Source: Macrostomum lignano (Eukaryota). Taken from it: DNA of 61,009 bases. The stretch spans positions 1 to 61,009 of the forward strand of contig NIVC01003403.1 in the NCBI GenBank assembly GCA_002269645.1. The letters run 5' to 3'. A model generated the notes under the pieces. The model had not been told where the DNA came from. It was given only the letters and a program-made list of their open reading frames with translations, and did no database searches. The position numbers were made by a program, and so were the translations under genes. Shown here in pieces: positions 17,876-35,577 of the stretch (position 1 is its first letter; every line of letters begins with the position of its first letter).

Positions 17876-18139
17876 CATACATGCGCAACAGTCGACCGAT
17901 TTGGCGGCCAACCAAAGAAGTCGCAAAAATGCCCACCCGAAAAAATACCTAAGTAGTAGTACTAAGTAGCTGACGAGGCATTTTGGCTTAATAAGACAGT
18001 TATAGTTACTCCTGCCGTTTACCAAAGTTGCGTTAGGGTTTTTTTACATGTAAGTCGCATTTTTGGCCAAAAACTACGTCGCATTTTTGTTAAAACTAAG
18101 TCGCATGGCCGACCGAATTTCGGAGGTTGCGCATGTATG
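17876..18139. mobile_element. 264-bp hAT-like MITE nested in the mariner
   Basis: Perfect 14-bp TIR CATACATGCGCAAC; perfect 8-bp TSD TTCCAGGA (17868-17875 and 18140-18147). Confidence 0.9.
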
Positions 18140-18689
18140 TTCCAGGACCACGGTTTTTTCAAGTGGTTTGCTGAATTCCAATGTGGCTGACAGAGTCTGG
18201 ATGATGAAGAGTGCAACAGCAAGCAGAGATTGTTGCTGCCATTTGGGCCATGATTGAGGATGATGTCAGGGCAACTGTAGTCCAGATAAAGGCAGAATCG
18301 GCATGTCATTGGGAACTGTCTGAACAATCATGTACTCAAGGCTCAACCTAAGCAAGATTTCTGCATGCTAGGTGCCTCATCACTTGATGGAAGAGCAAAA
18401 GGAGGCTTGGGTGGCTTGGTGCCATTCCATGCTCAATAGTTTCGATGGTGGCTGCTCAAACTCAGTCTGGGAAATTATCAATGGTAAAAAATCCTTAGAT
18501 TAACAGTTTTGAACCAGAGACCAAGCAGCAGTTGGCCCAGTGGACACTAGTTGGAGGTGTCCCACCATTGAAGCTGCAGCAAAAGTGCAGTGTGGCAAAC
18601 AGATAGAGGCTATCTTTGTGACAAAAGCTGGTCATCTAGCGACTGTACTACTTGTGTAATAGTGTATAGTCACTGGCAACTGTTATACC

Positions 18690-19275
18690 CAGACTCCGGA
18701 TGGTATACATGTACGCTGGAATTTTCCGGCATATAGAGGGACCTAGATTACACATTGGCATACAACTTGGCATACAAAGGCACCTGGGGTGCCCTCTTGG
18801 TGTACAGCTTGGCGTATAGAGATTGCCAAGACCAGCAGGTGGGACCAAAAGTTCCGGTCCCAACAATCAATTTATATAATTAGCATACAAAAATGATTAA
18901 GTTTGCATTTGGCATAGTTTCCATGTACATTGTTACAGTAGCTAAATTTTGATCAGAAAGAATAGCCAGCCCTTTACGAAAAAAATGGAAAACTAAATTA
19001 AAAAAACTGGGTTTAACTTTTCTAAGAAAGTAAAAGTAAAACAAAAATAGTTTAAATGAACTAGTTTTCTACAGTTTAGTAAAAAGATTTTTTGTTTTAA
19101 TACATAGGTTGTTTAAATATTAAAATTTTGCAAGCTTTTAATATTAGTTGTAATTTGTAATTTTTATTTTGGCCTATTTTGTATGCGATAAAAAGTTTGT
19201 TGGTGTACATTGGCATGCATGAGCTACGGAAGCAATTTTTGTTCCGGCGTACAGCAGTACACAATCTTGACCCTG
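18690..19275. mobile_element. About 586-bp hAT-like MITE nested in the mariner
   Basis: CAG...CTG termini, imperfect about 34-bp TIRs sharing TGTACGCYGGAA, imperfect TTATACC target duplication; interrupts the transposase reading. Confidence 0.6.
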
Positions 19276-21216
19276 GTATTATACCAACTGCTACCTACCA
19301 AAAATGCTGATTGCACTCTCCAGTTGCCACACAAAGACTCAAGCTTGGGAGTGCACTTCTTCATTATAACAATGCTTCCACCTACAAGTCTAGGCAAGTG
19401 GTCAAATTCCTGATTAGAGAACGTATTCAATAACCTGGCCATCTACCCTACAATGCAGACCTGACCTAATGCGATTTTTTTGACTTTGTGTTTCCACAAA
19501 TCAAGCAGAGGATGCATGGTATTCATCAGTGATTAGACATGTCAAGGAGGTGCCAAGTTTAGAGTCGTCCCGCTGCCTCAATAAGTGGTTTTAGAGGATG
19601 CAATAGTGCATAGACTCTTCTAGAGAGTATCTATAAAAAATCTAAGTTAGTTGCTTTCTGACTATTTCAGTCTTAGCACATCTGGAAACTTATTGCACAA
19701 CCTAGAATAAGGGAAAAATTGGAAACTTTTTTACTGAAAATGTGATTTACCTATAAAATAAACCCTAAAATAAAAAAATTAATGCAATTTGGATAAATAG
19801 TAAAAGTTACTATGACTGTTTATTAAGGCTAAATGCCTAACATCTAATTAGTACTACATCTATTTTCTTTTGAGTGGACATTTTTGCAACTTACCCTAGT
19901 CTACCATAATTTATGGCTAGTAGTTGCACATGTAAATACAGAATAATAGTATAATATTAGCAAATTTATACCACAAACATGATTATGGTATAAACTGCCT
20001 CTGGCTTTTGGCTACATTTGCAAGAAAAAATGGTTTAAAAACAAGCCATAGGCATAGTTTTGCTTCTAGCTAGCCTAAGGCTAAGTATAACAGAAAGCAG
20101 AAGGGCAACTATTTTTGTGGAACACAACACAAAATGATTATTAAACAATTAATATTATATATTTAGTGCTTATATAGCCTAGGTCATTAGAAAACAGGTA
20201 AAAGTGCCTAAAGTCTAGCTATTTAATTTTAGGTATTGTGTAGATTTTTTACCTATTTTATTATTGTGAAAATATACACTGGCAGATTTTACAAATTAAT
20301 CCATGACTTCCAGTCACTTCTAATATACGTTAGGCTAGAGCAGAATACTTAGTAGGCAATGCCAAGACCTGCAAGAAGTTTCGGTTCGCGAACTTCGCGT
20401 AGCTTAAGCACGCACGCACGGCACATTGGTTCTTGAGGTTCTGCTGTGTTTTAATTTAATTTAATGCGTATCACGCTTTCTATGAAAGGCAACTTTTGTT
20501 TTAGAAATGTTTATTAAATCAAATATTAAGACTTTGTTATAAAGTTATTAAAAAAACTCGAAGATGAAAAGTCTGCCTTGCATCTTAATTGTTTTGAAAA
20601 TCTAAAACAGATCTTTTGTTTGTCCAAAAATATTTACTGAACATTTTTTCTTATTTGGGCATGATCTGTAGGCATACAGCAGCTTCAGCCCAAGGAATCA
20701 TTTAAACTTTTGAGCGAGCGAAAGATGCCAATAAGATGATAACTCTACTTTTTTCAAAAGAATAGAACCAAGGACTGCAATATTCAGTTAGAACCATTTA
20801 ATTACTACTATTTTTTACTCGTAAATTAATTTTTCTCAATTCTCTACGTTGCGTACATGTCTATTCTAAGTGAGACATAATCATGCAGCTTCTGCGTTAA
20901 TTTTATAGCGCATAGCATATAGCGCTTTTATGCATGTTTGCAAATAAACAAAAAATACAATCAAAATTGAGAATTATTAGTATGTACGTGTGACACAAGG
21001 ACCATTATAGTGTCATATGTGTCATATAATGCAAAACAATGCTCCCGCCTCCAATTTAAGCGAGACAAGCGTCTAATTATGGCCTTTTTAAAGATAGAGA
21101 ATAAGTCAAGATACTTCATACTCAAATTCTCTAGTCATTCTCTTTACTACACAACTATTTTCCGTGTTCGACCATATCTTGAGCGAAATTATAACTACAC
21201 ATCACATCATAATGCA

Positions 21217-21690
21217 CATGGGCGTCGCCATGGATTTTATGGTGGGGGGGGGGACAAATTTTTCAAGCCAAGAATTCAAAATGTACATACATGCACATGA
21301 CTCAATTTTGGCACTCATTTTGGCGCAGCATTCACTCATTTTAGCGCCGCAGGCACTCATTTTAGCGCCGTAGGCATTCCTATTAGCACCGCAGCCACCC
21401 ATTTTAGCGCCTCGGGTATTCTTTTTAGCGCCGCAGGCACTCATTGTAGCGCCGCAGGCACTCATTTTAGCGCCGCATTCACTCATTTTAGCGCCGCAGG
21501 CACTCATTTTAGCGCCGCAGGCACTCATTTTGGCGCCGAAGGCGCTATATTTTGGCGCCCTGAAGAAAAATTTTTGATTACCACAACGACTCACAAGATG
21601 GGGTGGGGGGACAAAGCAATGGCATGTCCCCCCTAGAGCTTTTACTGGGAGGGACATGTCCCCCCTGTCCCCCCGGTGGCGACGCGCCTG
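21217..21690. mobile_element. hAT-like MITE with internal 21-bp tandem repeat (copy 1)
   Basis: Termini CATGGGCGTCGCCA...TGGCGACGCGCCTG; 8-bp TSD ATAATGCA/ATGATGCA (7/8 match); internal (GCACTCATTTTAGCGCCGCAG)n. Confidence 0.8.
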
Positions 21691-22366
21691 ATGATGCATA
21701 CATGTATAGCACTTTAATTCTTAAGGATTTTGCTGAAGCGATCAATGCGGCGCCACTGGCCAAGTGTGCATATTACGTACGCATTTTCAGTCATCAATGA
21801 AATTTCTGTAAAAAAAACAACTAAAGTAGTAAGAAGAGGACAAAATCCTTTGCATATTGGACACCTGAGATAATTTCACTCGTCATCAATTCAAACAACT
21901 TCTTGGTTCTGGACCTATTCCCATGACTATCAAAGCTTCATTGACAGGCTGCAGCTTTTCTAACAACCTGACAATTTTAGACAGCGCAGCAAAAACCTGC
22001 TGAAAGACAGAAAGTAGAAGTCATTTTCACAGTCATGCGCCTTCCATGATATCTTCCTTGCCATGCATTATTTGTGAATGTGGTCGTTGAATTCAACCCG
22101 TCCATATGTCAATATTGGCTTGCCATACCAACATGAATTCGCAGTAGCATAGAGTCTTTAGCCACGCCAGGTACATGTATGCCAATTCATGAGAAGCGAC
22201 CAAAAGCGGTCGGGTGCAAATGCACTATTTGCACAAAGGTCTGTGGTGTGTGTTCCGTTGCAGGCAAACTGTGTATGGAATATGAAAGGCATAAATGCCC
22301 AAGTTCTAAAGCCTCGAGAGACAAAAGTCTCTGCTTTGTTAGCCCAATGAATTAAGCTGATAGAAA

Positions 22367-27502
<5,136 letters not shown>

Positions 27503-28041
27503 CTTGGAATGTGCTCGATTGGATTGGCTGGTCAGCTGCACTTTTATGAAACAGACGACAGGTTTAAGACGTCTCTTTGTGACGTGACCATAAATATACT
27601 AAAATTCTAGTATGAAGCGTCATTTGAAAAACGAAAATCAATCAATTTATTGATCATATGTACGTATCAAGCGTTTGTAAAATTTCAAATCTTTGTTTTT
27701 AAACAGTAAACTTCTCATTTTTGCAAGGAGTAATGCCTCAGAAATGCTACTAAAAGTAGGCTAGTTGAGACATTTTTTCTCGAACGCACGCGTTTTCGTT
27801 ACACTTTCATGTTTTAAAAAGTGGCTCATCTTTTTTGTTACTTTATATTCAATATAGGCAATTTATAATACAAAGGTGGGGAGCAATGATAGGTTGCATA
27901 TTTAACAAAAATTTAAAAAAAATTCTAGATAGAGGCTTGGAAGAACCTCATCAAGTCACAGAATAAATGCTATTAACCAATACAATCAGCAATAATACTT
28001 CAACAGTAATGGCAATAATGATTCTGCACAGCTTCCGTCCG

Positions 28042-28997
28042 TTACGGACACAGGAAGGCCCCATCCTCAATGCTAGAGACGACGCGCGTGCGCAGCGGAT
28101 AAACTGAGTTATAGTGCTCAAATCGGTCCCTGACTTCGGAGGTCTTGTAGCAGAGATGGTACTCCGGCCTGCCGGATTCCACGGCGCAGTCGGCGAGACG
28201 GCTGCAGCTGTAGCGCAGCGCCGTGCCGCCCCACACATCCGGGAAGCCGTTCAGATCGGTTAGAAACTCAACCTGAATTTTGAACAGCAAGTAGCATTCA
28301 CTTGATGCGCCGTCCCAGTAACTCTGGTTTTTATGTGACAGACTTGGTCTGCTTTGCTCTGCTTTTATTTAAAGGCCCAATTTCGTTGTATTAACGAGAA
28401 AACAAGTAAGTTCCAGCTTAAAGCGACCCTGTCCTTACTTTCTGTTCTTCGAATGACCATATGAAGCTACTCAAAGTACGTGTTTGATCTGAGGTGATTT
28501 TGAAAGTTTAATTGGCTCTTGAAAAATATGACTTTTCCAGACTGATAAACTAACTCCTATCGATCCATATAAGTTACTTCTAACAAGATAATTGCCTCTG
28601 AGAAACTCCGTCTCTGATGTAATGAGGCTCGTATTCTAAAAAAGATCTGTTTATATGCTGTCTACCCCGACTCAAGCTTACCCTGCAGCGAATCTGGTCT
28701 GGCGGCAGCCCCAACAGTCTGGCGCAGTCGACGCGTCGCGGGCAGATGCCGGACCGCACCGGATGGTCTCCGTCGTGAATGTACAAGCCGGAGCGGCAGT
28801 AGCGGTCTTCGTTGCGGCGATCGCGATGATGAAACGGAGATGCTGTAAAAGGAATAATATTCTAAGTTGATTTTCGGGCCATCTAACCGCATCTACATGT
28901 AGCTTAGAAACAATGGGTAAAGCTTCAAAAAAATCTTACCAGTCGCGGCTGTGAAGCACAGGCCGCAAATGAAGAGCAGCTTCGCTATCGCCTGCAT
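28042..28997 (-). CDS. Uncharacterised small secreted cysteine-rich protein, 3 exons, 149 aa
   Basis: Exons 28997-28940, 28842-28682 and 28272-28042; splice sites G|GTAAGA, TTTTACAG|, AGG|GTAAGC and ATTCAG|; phases 1 and 0 are consistent. Hydrophobic signal peptide MQAIAKLLFICGLCFTAATA, then RDRR, then 8 Cys. Confidence 0.8.
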
Positions 28998-31900
28998 CCT
29001 CCTAAATCTTGAAGCTTCGAGTGATTAAAATTTTCAGCACAAAATTTCGTCGTTTATTCTTTGTCCGCCAAATATTTTGAGGAGGAATGCCTCTCATATT
29101 TATAGCCCTGCAATACGAGTATGTTGCACCTTTAGTGGTGCACTAGTGGTGAAGCTAGGGCTATTTTTAGCCAGAATTCTGGGTAATTCCTCCAGCCTCT
29201 CGGCACTGTAATGGATAATAGATATTAAGGCAGAGCTGCACTATGGAACCCTGCACGACTTAGAGGCGTGGGCGGGTCGGGTCTACCAGATGGACTGACG
29301 TAGCTTTATGGCTTCGGGCCGATTTTCTCTTTTGCAGATAAGGCCGGCAACCTCGCAGTTTTATTACTCGCTTTCTTGATCAAAAACGGCTGTCATTGGA
29401 TGTCGGCCTAATAAGAGAGCAAATAAGTGTCTTAGTTTATGGAAAGACGTCCGAAGTACGATGAATCACGTGCCATCACTAGTGGCTGATCACGCTTAGT
29501 CTTCGTGACAGATAGCTTAGCGGGTGAGGCATTTTCACAGGGCTACTCAGAAATGTCTGCTGTCTACACCTTTTCGCGTCCAATTTGGACCGAACTCAAG
29601 TTCTAAGAAACTAAAGAAAACTAAACTCTGACTGAAAACAATAAAAGCAACTTTAGGATCCTGATCAAAGCTAAGCTTTTATGAAGCAATTCTGCTTATT
29701 TGTTTCTTACTGATGTTCAGCCAACACCGCCATAGATTATTGAAGTGTTTTTCAAATAATGATGGCTAACGAATAGAGACTTACAGAAAGAAAATCGTTG
29801 AAAAAAATAAAAAAAACAGGAAACGCGGCCACAAATTGCGCGCGATTTCGCAAATTTCGTGCGAAGTCGTTTAGGAGATCCATTGTACTCGTACAATCGA
29901 TCTTCTTAAACTAGACAGGTGCAGGTAGTGCTACTATAGCGCTTGACATGCTAAATGAGAATTTGGCCTAGCTAGCTGAGACTCAGCTATCTGCTGCAGG
30001 CAGACTCAAACACAGACATATACGAGCTACGAGTAGATATTGACATAGACAGCTTGACAAGCAAATTGAGAATTTGACACGCGAATCGAGAATCACGCCA
30101 TTTTCTGTCGTTTCGCCTCGATTGCAATCCCACTCTCTGCATACAAAATGGCACCCCTGTGACTTCTGCTCATCGAAGGCGGCCACAGCAAAAATATTAA
30201 ATGCATGACTGGCTCCAGAAGTCAGTTCTACGGCGACACCTTCTATTCCCACTCGATTTACTGGGAATCACAGAATTCTTACATCCTCATATTTGGCCGT
30301 ATGAATAAAGTGAGCAATAACTGGCGAGTTTCACCTCAAACTCAAACTCAACAGGTTTATTTTAGAACGGCTGTTCGAACTGGATGACAACACTATAAAA
30401 TAAATCGAGCTCCATTAACAGTGAGCAATACGAGTAATGATGTTATAGAGAAGACATGTCTCTGACTCTCTTGTTACGTGAACTCTGCGAAACTATACTT
30501 CTTGACGAGTTGGTCTGTCACTTGTAGTAAAAGTTGAAGGGCCTGATCAGCTGTTGAGGGTGGCCTGCCATGGCTCCTGCTGCGGCTTCTGACACCATTG
30601 GTACCGGCAGAGTGGAAGAGACGGCTGCTTCTGTTTAGCCGATACTTCAGCTCCGAGATCGGCAAGATCTTCAACCAAATTGTCCAATTCTGGATCCAAA
30701 GCGTAGCTGCATCCAACGCCAAGAACAGGTAATCCAGTCCGTTGCTCCACTATGGACCGGACTTTTCTGCTTCTACAGAAAAGAGAGATAGAAAGTCCAT
30801 CTCTTCGCGAATCAAGCCGCTAATATCACCACCAAAGTATGGATTTCATGTCGAGCAGAGGCATGCCAATTGTTGCCACGAAGTGCAGAGAAATATTGAA
30901 ACACCATCCTTAAGAAGATGATTCTCTCAACTTAACTGTAGATGAATTAATTGAACATGGACCATAAACTGTGAAAATGATTCCATATACTGAAATCTAT
31001 TCAGCAGGTAGAGAAACAGGTACCTCGCGTCTGACTCACATGCACTGCAATCCATGGACTTTTGGCTGCCGAGCAGAGAAATGACGTCTATGACCAGAGC
31101 GACGTCTATGGTACTGGTGAATTCTTCAGACTTTAAACACAGCGAACAAAGGTTGACTAAGGTTGGATGACCCTTAGGCTGAGATAAGCTGGAGAAAAGC
31201 TACAGTACTCTCGCACGAGCTCATATGGCTGGCCTGCTAATTGAAATGCCACTCTTGAAAGTTTTGCTTTGTTAATAGATTTCACTTTGCTAGACAATTT
31301 TTTAAAATGCATTGCCCCTCTACAGCGAACTTTTAGGCTTTGTGCCGATGAATTCAGTGTAATCTAAATATACTAAATATCTAACTAATAACTAATATCT
31401 AATATCTTATTATTTCAATTTTTATTAATGAAACTCTGACTTCCAGAATTCACTAGCTCGTTGCGTGATCCTGAACACTGTATCTATCGCCATGTTTTGT
31501 GCACAGTTCAGACAAAGCCAGGAAAGCAATCACCTACAGATAATTAGTGTTGTTCTATTCCTAATTTGACCGGAATCTCATCATTTGAATGCTATACAAC
31601 TGCAATACAGCAATGTCTAGCTGTATATTAAAGCGTGATACGAGCCATTAACTGTTTCTGTCAACGGCAGTTCAAAGTCTTGTGATCGTGGCAGTTTGCG
31701 AAAACAATTTTGATGCCGCAGCAGCAACTGCAAATGCAGGGTACTGATAAATAGAAGCGCCTTCTCCTTATCATTTTTAGCGGAAAATGGGCACGCCGAG
31801 ACAGCCGGTCTGAGCCCACGATATTAGAGTCAGTCTTTGAGCTGCCGCAAATGCCATGCTTTACGCGACTGTTCACGCCATGCCTGGGCCGTCAGACCCG

Positions 31901-32827
31901 GCGCAGGGTCGCGACCCCTGGCACGCTATAGGAAGTTGGGTGGCGACAGCGGGGGCAAAGGTCCAGCCGGCAGCGCACTGCAAGCGAGTGGGTGACCTCA
32001 GTGGTGCAGTGCAAACATTAAAAAGCAATGGCACGCACTGTTGAAAAAAAGAAAGTTTGCTGTGTGTGTGAAAAAGGACAGCTTTTTTTCAAAAGTTACT
32101 CCAGCTCAAATAAATTAATCAGTTGTCAATCTGACTTCCGGGAATGACAATTATCTTTTTAATGTTCAGTAATTGCTTGTGCAGCTTAGAATTCATAAAA
32201 ACCTAACGTCAATGAGAAATGATTTACAACCATAAGTACATCCAACATGTCCGACATCTGTGCTTCCTTCCAATGGTGTCCGTGTTCAAGTCCGGGGATT
32301 CAAAATTCAATAAATGGCAAGGAGAAGCTTGCCCCAATATTTCATAAAGAAGATCGAGAAGTACAAGAAAACTGCGTGTTGCGGCAAAGCAGCATCGCGT
32401 CATTTTTCCTTGTGCCAGGAAACCCAGGTGTGGCCCATGATTGCTCAGCCCGTGAGGCTCAATTTCCAGGTGTTGTCATTTTAACTTGGCGTGACACATT
32501 TCTAGAATCGCACTTCAGTTTAATTGTCCAACCCATGTGGATGGGGACAGGAATACATGAGTACATGAAACTGAGTATCGAGAGTAGCTGTTGGTACGCA
32601 TTCCTGCAGAAGGCAATACAAATCCAATTTATTTTGTCAAATAAACAGTAGTATGTAGAGCGTCATATATTCAAAGATCATTAAATCCGAATAAGTAACT
32701 GGTAATAGAAGAAAAAGTTTAAAATATTAACAATATAATATTAGCAGTTGTTGTGATAATCCAAGTTATGCTTATATAGTAGTTAAGTAATCATGATGCG
32801 CAACACTCAAAGCAGCTGTGAATACAG

Positions 32828-35577
32828 TCAAATGCCACCTTTGAACGAGTGGTTGAACATCACTACGAACTCTGAAAAACGGCCAATATATTATGCAACT
32901 TTTGTTACTTTTCTGCTCATCCACTTGTTAAATTTGTCAATAAAATCAAGTTTCCGTCTTCAGTGGGGGGCGTCGCCAAATCGCAGCAAATCACTCACTC
33001 ACTCACGCCTCCAGTCCCAAGTCACAAGTCACAAGTCACAAGTCACAAGTCACAAGTCACAAGTCACAAGTTACAAGTCACAAGTCACAAGTCACAAGCT
33101 CCAAGAAAGAGTCACAAGCCAGAATTGATCCGAATATTGCAAAGTGAAACCACGAAAGTCAAAGGACACCATGAGATAAGCTACAGGCCGTAACACTCTG
33201 TACACAAGCTACAGGTACAGCTGCAGGCCACTATGCATGTACACCAGCTACAGTAGTTAGACACAAGCTCCATGCATATAGATGCAATATTACATGCATT
33301 TAGACACAAGCTTACAAGCATAGAGACACAAGCTACATGTTAACAAACACAGCTACATGTTATCAGACACAGCTACATGTTACCAGACACAGCTACATGC
33401 ATACAGACACAAGCTACATGTTAACAGACACAGCTACATGTTACCAGACACAGCTACATGCATACAGACACAGTTACATGCATATAGACACAAGCTACAT
33501 GTATACAGACACAGCTACATGCATATACACACAAGCTACATGCATATAGACACAAGCTACATGCATATACACACAAGCTACATGCATATAGACACAAGCT
33601 ACATGCATATACACACAAGCTTACATGCATATACACACAAGCTTACATGCATATACACACAAGCTTACATGCATATAGACACAAGCTACATGCATATACA
33701 CACAAGCTTACATGCATATACACACAAGCTTACATGCATATACACACAAGCTACATGCATATACACACAAGCTTACATGCATATACACACAAGCTACATG
33801 TATATACACACAAGCTACATGCATATACACACAAGCTACATGTATACAGACACAAGCTACATACATAAAGACACAACCACGCGTCTCCAGACACAAGGTT
33901 CAAGGTACATGCATACAGACACAACCACGCAGACACAAGGTTCAAGGTACAGCAACGCTCACCTCGGTAGCTGATTCGGCCGTCTTCATTGGCGTCGGCA
34001 CTCTTGAACATCTCGTCGATTTCCTCGTACGACATTGGCTCGCCAATTGATTTTAGAACAAACTCCAACTCTTGACGGCTGATGTAGCCATTTTTGTCCC
34101 GATCAAACATCTGAATTTATAGCATGCGGGTTCGAAAATATCCCCTATATTTGTGACTTCTTCTAAATTTGCGACAAGAAAACGTTTTAGCAAACACAAA
34201 ATTAACCTCGAAAGCTTTCATCAGTTCGTCGTCCATCTCGTTCGACGATTTAAACGTCCCATTAGTCCTCATGATGCGAGCGAATTCATCAAAGTCAATC
34301 TTGCCGTCCTTCACTGCGATTTAAGGTTAAAGAAATTTGTTTGGAATTGAACTATGAATGGATTCTGTGCTGAGTACATTTCGTGCGAAACACCAGACTA
34401 ACCCAGCACATCAGCCTCCTGAATGATGGTGTCCACATCCTTCTGAGTGGGATTCTGGCCCATAGCCTGCAGGATGTTGCGCAGTTCGAAGCTTTCAATA
34501 TAGCCAGAATTGTTCTGATCGAACAGGGTGAACATATCTGAAATTAAGACCGATTTTTCGGTCCAGGTATATTACTTGAATTTCGATGTTAAATTGCATT
34601 AGCTCCTACGAGCATATAAGAATCAGAATAACAGGATCATTTTATGGGTTGTCACTGTTATGGAACGTACGAGCTAGATGAGTATAGCAATACCAAGGAC
34701 CATCTTCGTGCAGAAAGAGGGTCTATGGTAGAGCTATTGTATCACGACCTTTTTGCCCGGCGGGCACTACTTATTCAATCCCAGGTCAAGACTACATTTA
34801 AGCCCGCATGAATCGAACGAAAGTTGAAGTCTATGGTCTATGATTGAAATGTGGAAGCTTCGCCCCCACACCCCAGCACCCCCAGCACCCCCAGCACCCC
34901 AGCACCCCCAGCACCCCAGCACCCCCACAGTAGCCCCCCCCCGCACCCCCACTTCTCACGCTCTTTAATTTCTTCTTTCACAGCCTTGCTGAGACAGAAA
35001 TGTCTATGGCACAATAACAGCAATACCCATGCTTTAAGGGCGTAAATGGCACATCAGAGGGCACCTGCTTCAGGGACCCTAGCTACCGTGGCACAGAAAC
35101 ACAGCTCTCACAATTTAGCTGAACTCGTGTGTTTGACAACGGCGCCCTCTGATTTCCCATTTGCGCCCTTAAAAGTATGGGTATTGATATGCTATTCCCA
35201 TCCGATTTTCTAGGGCGGTAAGAAACGTCATGGCCAAAAGTCCATGGATTGCAATGTGAATCAAACGCGAGATTGTTTCTCGGCTATCCGGTAAATCGGA
35301 TGGAAAATTCTATATTACTTGCTTCTATTCTCTGAGTATAATTTTGTATGGCATAATAGCATTCTCCCAGCTTCGTTCCGCCCCCGCATTCGATCCTGCC
35401 TCTCCTTTCCCCGCGAAGCCCATTATTAAATTTGCAACTATTCACTCCGTTCTTGCGCGTCTCTCCACTCCGCCAACTACAAATGAATTCTAAAATTGCA
35501 TTAAAAATGACTCTGTCTAGAATTTGCATCGATTGGGCCTCACCTTTCAGCTCCGCGTCCGTGATCTGCTGGTCCAT
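32828..35577 (-). CDS. Calmodulin-like four-EF-hand protein, 5 exons, 155 aa
   Basis: Exons 35577-35544, 34537-34403, 34313-34207, 34110-33963 and 32871-32828; phases consistent. EF loops DQNNSGYIESFE, DVLVKDGKIDFDE, DRDKNGYISRQE and DANEDGRISYRE. Too divergent to be calmodulin itself. Confidence 0.9.
33018..33098. repeat. (AGTCACA)n 7-bp tandem repeat
   Basis: About 11 units in the last intron of the calmodulin-like gene. Confidence 0.9.
33200..33950. repeat. About 20-22 bp minisatellite ACACAAGCT(T)ACATGCATAT(AC)
   Basis: Visible tandem units in the last intron of the calmodulin-like gene. Confidence 0.9.
34862..34930. repeat. (CCCCAGCA)n short tandem repeat
   Basis: Several 8-9-nt units in intron 34538-35543. 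Confidence 0.8.
35021..35186. mobile_element. 166-bp fold-back element / MITE-like hairpin
   Basis: About 46-bp inverted arms: CAATACCCATGCTTTAAGGGCGTAAATGGCACATCAGAGGGCACC versus the reverse complement of 35141-35186; no clear TSD. Confidence 0.65.

Larger units (their letters stand above)
17587..19704 (+). mobile_element. Degenerate mariner (Tc1/mariner) element interrupted by two MITE insertions
   Basis: TA at both ends; imperfect TIRs share TGCAATAAGTT. Decayed transposase pieces: AFGNEAPSR|TTVFKWFAEF, MIEDDVRATVVQI, SKISAC*VPHHLMEEQK, FEPETKQQLAQW, LLHYNNAST, HLPYNADL..CDFF..FPQIK. About 1.25 kb after removing the inserts. Confidence 0.85.

Noticed and set aside
32247-32651. 134-aa plus-strand ORF
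   Set aside because: No motifs or splice support; lies just downstream of the calmodulin-like gene stop on the opposite strand, probably in or near its 3'UTR.
33337-33974. His/Tyr/Cys-rich ORFs
   Set aside because: Translations of the intronic minisatellite in the calmodulin-like gene.
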